Source: an uncultured Bacteroidales bacterium (GTDB taxonomy: Bacteria; Bacteroidota; Bacteroidia; Bacteroidales; CAIWKO01). From it: a DNA stretch of 62,214 nucleotides. Under the pieces are notes generated by a model, which was given only the letters and a program-made list of their open reading frames with translations, had not been told where the DNA came from and ran no database searches. The position numbers and the translations under genes are program-made. This document shows positions 56,312-62,214 of the stretch, piece by piece (within the stretch, counting starts at the first letter, position 1; each line of letters starts with the position of its first letter). The stretch is taken from assembly GCA_964585485.1 (NCBI GenBank), contig CAZPDS010000006.1, positions 1 through 62,214 of the forward strand, written 5' to 3'.

Positions 56312-57142
56312 TTACGACATCACCTCTTCGTTCACCAGGATTTCATCATAAAAATTATCGAATGCTTCAACGTATTTTTCCGGGCTTTGGTATGCGAGGA
56401 AAGGTTTTCCGGATTTGGTGATATAGGATTTCAGATCGGAAGGCATTGTTTCGTTACCGGCGATCACTCCATCGGAGAAATCAATGGCGCCTTTCATGAG
56501 TGAGGTCCAGTTGGCATTCTTGTAGTGCTTCAGGTCTTTATCCGCGATGCCTTCGTGTTTAATTTTACGGGCGAAGTCTTTGCTGAAAGCCTGGGGCATA
56601 TCTTCATTGTACACCGACAACACGATTTTTGTTTCGGAGAAAATGGGGTTGTCTTTAAAGGCGCGTTTAATGTAAAGGGGCACCAGGCTGGAGAACCATC
56701 CATGGCAATGGACGATATCGGGGGACCATCCCAGTTTTTTTATGGTTTCCAGAACGCCGCGGGCATAAAAAATTGCGCGTTCTTCGTTGTCGGAGAACCA
56801 GGCGCCGTTTTTATCGGTGAAAATGAATTTTCGCTGAAAATAGTCATCGTTATCGATGAAATAGATTTGGAGACGAGCCGATTGAATAGAGGCGACCTTA
56901 ATAATGAGGGGGTGGTCGGTGTCGTCAATGATCAGGTTCATCCCTGAAAGGCGGATGACCTCATGCAATTGGTTTCGGCGTTCATTCACGCAGCCATAGC
57001 GTGGCATAAACGTTCGAATCTCTTTTCCTTTTTCCTGAATTCCCTGTGGGAGTTGGCGACAAGTGGTGCCCATATGGCTGTCGCACATGTAGGGTACAAT
57101 TTCCTGGGTAACAAAAAGAACTTTGTGTTTTGACATACGCAT
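56312..57142 (-). CDS. Glycogen/starch-synthase-like protein, N-terminal (GT5) domain only
   Basis: KVLFVTQEIVPY.. N-terminus and ..PDIVHCHGW.. resemble GlgA. The protein is only 276 aa and lacks the C-terminal half. The start is ATG 57142 or 57136. Confidence 0.7.
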   Translation of the reverse strand: MRMSKHKVLFVTQEIVPYMCDSHMGTTCRQLPQGIQEKGKEIRTFMPRYGCVNERRNQLHEVIRLSGMNLIIDDTDHPLIIKVASIQSARLQIYFIDNDDYFQRKFIFTDKNGAWFSDNEERAIFYARGVLETIKKLGWSPDIVHCHGWFSSLVPLYIKRAFKDNPIFSETKIVLSVYNEDMPQAFSKDFARKIKHEGIADKDLKHYKNANWTSLMKGAIDFSDGVIAGNETMPSDLKSYITKSGKPFLAYQSPEKYVEAFDNFYDEILVNEEVMS

Positions 57143-57164
57143 CGTTTTAACTCCAAAACTTTTG

Positions 57165-57172
57165 CAAAGGTA
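57165..57172 (-). promoter_or_regulatory. -7 promoter box (TAnnTTTG) for the GT5-like/DUF4270/glmS unit
   Basis: The minus strand reads TACCTTTG, 22 nt upstream of the ATG at 57142. Confidence 0.5.
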
Positions 57173-57275
57173 CTAAAAATTTAGCATATAGCAAAATACC
57201 GCTGGTCAAAAAAAAACTTTTTAACGGTGCGTTTACGAAAGCGTGATATTTTTACCGCCAATCAGGTGGGTGTAG

Positions 57276-57283
57276 TATCTTTG
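57276..57283 (+). promoter_or_regulatory. -7 promoter box (TAnnTTTG) for panC, implying a very short leader
   Basis: TATCTTTG ends only 9 nt before ATG 57293. Confidence 0.4.
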
Positions 57284-57292
57284 CATTTTTTT

Positions 57293-58150
57293 ATGAAGAT
57301 CATTACAACCGTACAAGCCATGCGCGCTGCTGTTGATGCGCTGAATAGTCAGGGAAAAGTCCTTGGCTTTGTGCCCACGATGGGCGCCTTACACGAGGGG
57401 CATTTATCGCTCATTGACGCTTGTGGCCGGCAGTCGGATGTTACAGTGGCATCTGTTTTTGTAAACCCGCTGCAATTCAATAACCGGGGTGACTTTGAGC
57501 ACTATCCGCAGTTTCCGGAGAAGGACGCCCGGATGTTGGATTCGCGGGGCTGTGACTTTTTATTTCATCCCTCGGAGGAAGAGATGTACCCGGAGGCCGT
57601 GCAGACGGACTACGATTTCGGATCGCTGGCGTCGGTGATGGAAGGGGCTTTTCGCCCCGGGCATTTCAATGGGGTGGGCGTAGTTGTAAAGCGGCTCTTT
57701 GATATCGTTCAGCCGGACCTGGCCTTTTTCGGCGAGAAAGATTATCAACAATTGCTGATTATTCGCCGTTTGGTGGAGATTCATCGGATGAACATCCGGA
57801 TAGTGGGTTGTCCGATTATTCGAGAGCCGGATGGCCTGGCCATGAGTTCGAGGAATCTTAGGCTGACTGCAGAACAGCGTGCTTTGGCGCCGGAAATCTA
57901 CCGCATTCTGCAAGAGGCTGTTGCTCTCACCACCATGCTTGAGCCAGAAGCGTTGAAGGCCCGCGTGATGGAACAATTATCGGCGGTTCCCGGGCTGCGA
58001 CCGGAGTATTTTGAGATTGCTGATGAGAATTCTTTGGCTCCCATAAGTTCCTGGAAGGCTGGCCAGGCGCTGATTGCGTGTGTTGCTGTGTGGATGGGCG
58101 AAATCCGCCTGATCGATAATATCCGATTTATTCGTAATTTTGCAGCATGA
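57293..58150 (+). CDS. panC: Pantoate--beta-alanine ligase
   Basis: [31 protein letters not shown] motif. Start trimmed to ATG 57293. Confidence 0.93.
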   Translation: MKIITTVQAMRAAVDALNSQGKVLGFVPTMGALHEGHLSLIDACGRQSDVTVASVFVNPLQFNNRGDFEHYPQFPEKDARMLDSRGCDFLFHPSEEEMYPEAVQTDYDFGSLASVMEGAFRPGHFNGVGVVVKRLFDIVQPDLAFFGEKDYQQLLIIRRLVEIHRMNIRIVGCPIIREPDGLAMSSRNLRLTAEQRALAPEIYRILQEAVALTTMLEPEALKARVMEQLSAVPGLRPEYFEIADENSLAPISSWKAGQALIACVAVWMGEIRLIDNIRFIRNFAA

Positions 58151-58500
58151 ACATCGAAGTCCTGAAATCAAAAATTCACCGGGTTACCGTAACTCACAGT
58201 GAATTAAATTATATTGGTTCTATTACTATTGACGAAGCGTTGATGGAAGCGGCCAATATTATTGAGGGTGAAAAAGTGCAGGTGGTCAATGTGAACAACG
58301 GGGAGCGCCTTGAAACATATGTAATTAAGGGTAAGCGTGGCTCAGGTGCGATCGGTATCAATGGTCCGGCCGCACGTAAAGCGATCGTGGGGGATGTGGT
58401 TATTGTTATTTCCTATGCATCAATGGATTTTGCTGAAGCACGTAACTTTAAGCCCTGGATTATTTTCCCGGACACGGCTACGAACAAAATGCCCAAATGA
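58147..58500 (+). CDS. panD: Aspartate 1-decarboxylase
   Basis: [23 protein letters not shown] includes the self-processing Gly-Ser site. ATGA overlap with panC. Confidence 0.93.
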   Translation: MNIEVLKSKIHRVTVTHSELNYIGSITIDEALMEAANIIEGEKVQVVNVNNGERLETYVIKGKRGSGAIGINGPAARKAIVGDVVIVISYASMDFAEARNFKPWIIFPDTATNKMPK

Positions 58501-59528
58501 CAGCGCGAAAAGCTCTGTTTTCAGCCTTTAAAGTCTCATTTTTCCTCGCCCTGGGGCTTTTCTTTATTTGGATTTTCACGAAAGATCTTACGCGCGAGCA
58601 ATTCGATGAAATTTTTCATTCTTTTGCCAGTGCAAGTTATGGTTGGATCGCCTTATCTATCCTGATTGCTCTGGGGAGTCATGTTTTGCGGACCTTACGT
58701 TGGCAGATGTTGCTCAAGCCCCTGGGCTACGCACCCGGGTTTTGGAATGTTTTTATGTCGCTGATGATCGGATATTTTGCAAATCTGGCTTTGCCGCGCC
58801 TGGGGGAGGTAAGCCGCTGTGGTTTTTTGGCGCAGTACGAAAATGTTCCTTTTCAAAAGAGCTTTGGTACTGTCGTGGCGGAAAGAGCGGTCGATATTTT
58901 GACGTTTTTTCTTCTTTTTGTGTTGAATCTGGTATTGCAGTATTCTTTGCTCCATCAGTATGTGGAGGAGAAAATCATTACACCTTTAAGTGAAAAGTGG
59001 GCCTTTATCGGTAGCGGATACATCATGTGGATGTTATTGGGCGCGGTAGTAGTGATGGTGATGATCGTGCTGATAGTTTTTCGGCGAAAGCTGGAAAATA
59101 TGCGTTGGTTTCGATTTATTAAGGGCGTTTTCATCGGGTTCTGGCAAGGATTGAAGTCGGTTTTTCAACTTCAGCACACCGCTCTTTTTCTACTCTATTC
59201 TGTGGGCATTTGGGTGATGTATTTTCTGATGACCTGGGTGTGTTTTTTTAGTATGGAGGAGTTCAGCAGCATGGGAATGATGGCCGGGTTTTCGGTGCTG
59301 GTGATGGGAACTATTGGAATAATGGTGGTGCAGGGAGGTATCGGAATTTACCCCGTTATTGTTGCCGAAACCCTGGTTTTGTACGGCGCTGTCGCCACTA
59401 AAGCGTATGCTTTAGGCTGGTTGCTTTGGACAGCCCAAACCTTGGCTATCATTGTGGCGGGATTGCTTTCTATCGTGATCCTTCCCTTGTACAATAAACA
59501 AAAAAATGGAAACACTACGGCGGATTAA
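58497..59528 (+). CDS. Flippase-like polytopic membrane protein (lysyl-PG synthase TM-region family), second copy in the window
   Basis: About 8 TM helices. ..[14 protein letters not shown].. and C-terminal ..[15 protein letters not shown].. motifs. ATGA overlap with panD. Confidence 0.7.
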   Translation: MTARKALFSAFKVSFFLALGLFFIWIFTKDLTREQFDEIFHSFASASYGWIALSILIALGSHVLRTLRWQMLLKPLGYAPGFWNVFMSLMIGYFANLALPRLGEVSRCGFLAQYENVPFQKSFGTVVAERAVDILTFFLLFVLNLVLQYSLLHQYVEEKIITPLSEKWAFIGSGYIMWMLLGAVVVMVMIVLIVFRRKLENMRWFRFIKGVFIGFWQGLKSVFQLQHTALFLLYSVGIWVMYFLMTWVCFFSMEEFSSMGMMAGFSVLVMGTIGIMVVQGGIGIYPVIVAETLVLYGAVATKAYALGWLLWTAQTLAIIVAGLLSIVILPLYNKQKNGNTTAD

Positions 59529-60006
59529 TCAAAAGATTCTTAGCCCCGAACAGCTTCAGCGATGGCTGGCCTATTGGCGATTCAAGGATCAGAAAATAGT
59601 CTTTACCAACGGCTGCTTCGATTTGCTTCACAAAGGGCATGTCGATTATCTGTCGCGCGCAGCTGATTTGGGTGATGTGCTGCTCATTGGTTTGAATACG
59701 GATGCTTCCGTACAACGGCTTAAGGGGCCATCGCGCCCGATTACTGATGAAGGAGCCCGGGCTCTGGTAATGGCTTCGCTGGCGTTTGTAACAGGGGTTA
59801 TTCTTTTTGATGAGGACACGCCGTATGAGTTGATCAAGACCATACAGCCTGATTTTTTGGTGAAAGGAAGCGACTACAAGGCCGAAGAGGTTGTGGGCTT
59901 CGATATTGTGACAGCGCGTGGCGGTAAGGTGGTAACACTTGAGTTTCTGGAAGGGTACTCCACGACCCGTATTGAGCAAAAAATCAGGAACGCCGGTCAC
60001 CTTTAG
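59506..60006 (+). CDS. Small cytidylyl/adenylyltransferase (RfaE domain-II-like, HxGH nucleotidyltransferase)
   Basis: KIVFTNGCFDLLHKGHVDYL and ..VKGSDY.. motifs. 23-nt overlap with the upstream gene. Confidence 0.8.
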   Translation: METLRRINQKILSPEQLQRWLAYWRFKDQKIVFTNGCFDLLHKGHVDYLSRAADLGDVLLIGLNTDASVQRLKGPSRPITDEGARALVMASLAFVTGVILFDEDTPYELIKTIQPDFLVKGSDYKAEEVVGFDIVTARGGKVVTLEFLEGYSTTRIEQKIRNAGHL

Positions 60007-60106
60007 CCGGACTTGCTGCGACAGCACAACTGTTCCTTAATTCGGCGGGGCGGGCATCGGTTTTTGAGAAAATGATAATTTTCTTTTGAATTCACGACTA
60101 CTTTTA

Positions 60107-60114
60107 TACTTTTG
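60107..60114 (+). promoter_or_regulatory. -7 promoter box (TAnnTTTG) with an upstream TTTG for the small lipoprotein gene
   Basis: TACTTTTG lies 28 nt upstream of ATG 60143. A TTTG ending at 60088 lies 18 nt upstream of the box. Confidence 0.5.
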
Positions 60115-60142
60115 TAGGTTCATTGAGTAATAATACGTTGAC

Positions 60143-60553
60143 ATGAAAAACAGAAACTCATTCCTGATCCTTACACTGGCATTGCTTACGCTGACGATTA
60201 CTTTGTTTAGTTGCGGAAAGTCGGCCACCGAAAACAAACTTCTTGGGCGCTGGTGCAGGATTAACCTGGATAACCTTGACGATACCACCCGTATTGAAGA
60301 ATGGGAATTTACCGGCGAAAAGCTGGTAATACATCATCACCATGCATACGATCCGGCTGATACCGCCGCCTTGTCGGGTATGTACGTGATGAACAATTAC
60401 CGCGAATTTACCGTATCCGGTTCTGTTGAGGATGGCTGGAATGAAGATGCCAACGGGATCTGGCGAATCATCAAACTTAAGAAGGGTTCGCTTATACTGA
60501 TTCGCGACGAAGGCGGCCACGGCCTAACCTTTAAGGAATTTAAAAAACTTTAG
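60143..60553 (+). CDS. Small lipoprotein, function unknown
   Basis: Lipobox TLFSC. 136 aa. No family recognised. Confidence 0.6.
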   Translation: MKNRNSFLILTLALLTLTITLFSCGKSATENKLLGRWCRINLDNLDDTTRIEEWEFTGEKLVIHHHHAYDPADTAALSGMYVMNNYREFTVSGSVEDGWNEDANGIWRIIKLKKGSLILIRDEGGHGLTFKEFKKL

Positions 60554-60572
60554 GGCCAGCTATTTTTCCTAC

Positions 60573-61940
60573 ATGGCCAAAATAAAAACCGTCTTTTTTT
60601 GTCAGGTTTGTGGCGCGCAGTCGCCTAAATGGGTGGGTCATTGTACTTCCTGTGATTCATGGAATTCGTTCGTGGAGGAAGTGGTTCATCAGGAAAAGGA
60701 GGCCAGTGGGCATTTGCAGTTTATTGCTTCACCGGAGAAGAAGGCGTGGCCGGTACAGGAAGTGGAGGTGGCCGATGTGCCACGTGTTCCCAGTGGCGAC
60801 GAAGAGCTGGATCGTGTTCTGGGCGGAGGTATTGTGCCGGGATCCCTGGTGCTGATCGGTGGCGAACCGGGCATTGGTAAGTCTACCCTGATGCTGCAAC
60901 TGGCCTTGCATCTGCAACAAAAAAAAGTACTTTATATCTCTGGTGAAGAAAGTGGTCAGCAGATACGAATGCGGGCAGAGCGCATAGGAATCGTCAATAA
61001 AACGTGCTATATTTTTACGGAAACCAATACCACGGAGATATTTCGTCAGGCCCGCGATTTAAAACCGGATCTTCTGATTATTGATTCAATTCAAACCTTG
61101 CAGACCCCGACAATTGAATCGTCGGCTGGCAGTGTTTCGCAGATCCGGGAGTGTGCATCCGAATTTCAAAAGTATTGTAAGCAAACCGGCGTACCGGTTT
61201 TTCTGATAGGTCATATCACCAAAGATGGCAGTATTGCCGGCCCCAAGGTGCTGGAGCACATGGTGGATACCGTGTTGCAATTTGAAGGGGATCGCAATCA
61301 TGTATTCCGGATTTTGCGGGGTATCAAAAACCGTTTCGGTCCCTCCGCGGAACTGGGCATATACGAGATGCAAAGTGCGGGCCTCCGGCAGGTGAGGAAT
61401 CCGTCGGATGTGTTGTTATCGCACAGCACGGAGGATGTTAGCGGCGTGAGTATTGCGGCCACCATGGAAGGAATGAGGCCCATTCTTATCGAAGTGCAGT
61501 CGCTCGTGAGTTCGGCGGCCTATGGAACACCTCAACGTTCCTCCACCGGGTTCGACTTGCGTCGGATGAACATGCTGCTGGCTGTTCTCGAGAAGCGATG
61601 CGGCTTTCGTCTTGGGGCCAAAGATGTGTTTTTAAATATGGCGGGGGGCATCCGTGTTGAAGATCCGGCTAGTGATTTGGCGGTGGTTGTGGCCGTGCTT
61701 AGCTCCTCCGAAGATATTCCCTGCCCGAAGAAATATTGTTTTGCTGCGGAGGTGGGTCTGACGGGCGAAATTCGACCGGTAAGCCGCATTGAGCAGCGCA
61801 TAGCCGAGGCTGAGCGCCTGGGCTTTGAAGACATGGTGATTTCCAAATACAACGGGAAGGGTCTGGACTCTTCACGGTTTGGTATACATATTCATTACGT
61901 GGCCCGGATGGAGGATGTTTTCAATCTTTTGTTTGGTTGA
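60573..61940 (+). CDS. radA: DNA repair protein RadA
   Basis: N-terminal C4 zinc finger (CQVCGAQSPKWVGHCTSC), Walker A GGEPGIGKSTL, the KNRFG motif and a Lon-like C-terminal domain. Confidence 0.95.
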   Translation: MAKIKTVFFCQVCGAQSPKWVGHCTSCDSWNSFVEEVVHQEKEASGHLQFIASPEKKAWPVQEVEVADVPRVPSGDEELDRVLGGGIVPGSLVLIGGEPGIGKSTLMLQLALHLQQKKVLYISGEESGQQIRMRAERIGIVNKTCYIFTETNTTEIFRQARDLKPDLLIIDSIQTLQTPTIESSAGSVSQIRECASEFQKYCKQTGVPVFLIGHITKDGSIAGPKVLEHMVDTVLQFEGDRNHVFRILRGIKNRFGPSAELGIYEMQSAGLRQVRNPSDVLLSHSTEDVSGVSIAATMEGMRPILIEVQSLVSSAAYGTPQRSSTGFDLRRMNMLLAVLEKRCGFRLGAKDVFLNMAGGIRVEDPASDLAVVVAVLSSSEDIPCPKKYCFAAEVGLTGEIRPVSRIEQRIAEAERLGFEDMVISKYNGKGLDSSRFGIHIHYVARMEDVFNLLFG

Positions 61941-61948
61941 TGAAGATC

Positions 61949-61991
61949 AAAAAAAAGAGGTTGTTCCCGGATGGAACAACCTCTTTTTTTT
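61949..61991. terminator. Bidirectional rho-independent terminator
   Basis: A8-GAGGTTGTTCC-cggat-GGAACAACCTC-T8 lies between radA (+) and the convergent T9SS-substrate gene (-). Confidence 0.85.
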
Positions 61992-62002
61992 GCCTGTACA
62001 GC

Positions 62003-62214
62003 TTATTTAATATTGACCAATTTACTTACATACTCTTGTTGGCCGATACGGACTTTACAATAGTAGATGCCCGCTTCAGCGGAACTCAGGTTAAGTTGCA
62101 AACGTTCACTCACCTTGCCGAACGATAGTATTGTTCGACCCGTTAGGTCGGTGACGCTTACTTTGTCGGCCTTCATGCTTCCCAAATCGAGGGTGAATTC
62201 GCCCCTGGCGGGAT
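62003..62214 (-). CDS. C-terminal end of a T9SS substrate (type-A Por secretion C-terminal sorting domain); the 5' part lies outside the window
   Basis: The frame is open to the window edge. It reads ..PARGEFTLDLGSMKADKVSVTDLTGRTILSFGKVSERLQLNLSSAEAGIYYCKVRIGQQEYVSKLVNIK*, the typical T9SS CTD pattern. Confidence 0.8.
   Translation of the reverse strand, partial: PARGEFTLDLGSMKADKVSVTDLTGRTILSFGKVSERLQLNLSSAEAGIYYCKVRIGQQEYVSKLVNIK

Noticed and set aside
59515-60027. 170-aa minus-strand ORF opposite the RfaE-like nucleotidyltransferase
   Set aside because: It is an antisense shadow ORF. The plus frame carries the HxGH motif.

Overview
This 62.2-kb window is from a Bacteroidota chromosome. 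The evidence is the gldD/gldE gliding genes, a T9SS C-terminal sorting domain, DUF4270/DUF5686-type genes, and TAnnTTTG -7 promoter boxes in front of most transcription units. I call about 60 protein genes and see no rRNA, tRNA, CRISPR array, transposase or integrase. The left edge (1-1400) holds the 3' end of an RHS polymorphic-toxin gene. It carries a C-terminal toxin domain I cannot assign and is followed by a signal-anchored immunity ORF, all inside a sharply AT-rich cassette. The rest is mostly core. It includes a PadR-PspC pair, a kinase/dCMP-deaminase operon with an 11-copy heptanucleotide array in its spacer, lptB, aqpZ, ddl-rdgB-waaA, fabD, pdxJ, gldDE, ssb, proS, glmS, panCD and radA. 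It also includes a GT2 / flippase-like / TMTC-like GT-C glycosylation trio. A WbpA/B/D/E-type sugar-nucleotide cluster is followed by galE, rfbB, a 4-epimerase and a CpsB phosphatase. The nadK-DUF6089-uppS-bamA-skp envelope cluster is present. A Tyr/Trp/Gly/Asn-rich lipoprotein sits next to a FadL/PorV-like barrel, and a Nif3 gene sits next to a zinc-ribbon protein with a histone-H1-like Lys/Ala tail. I find no recognisable defence or mobile system. The best non-standard candidates are the RHS tip/immunity pair, the TMTC-like glycosylation trio, the aromatic low-complexity lipoprotein, the H1-like fusion and the heptamer array. All functional names come from motif recognition by eye in the translated ORFs, not from database searches. 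Many ORF-track starts are upstream TTG/GTG or in-frame extensions, and I trimmed them to the most plausible ATG.
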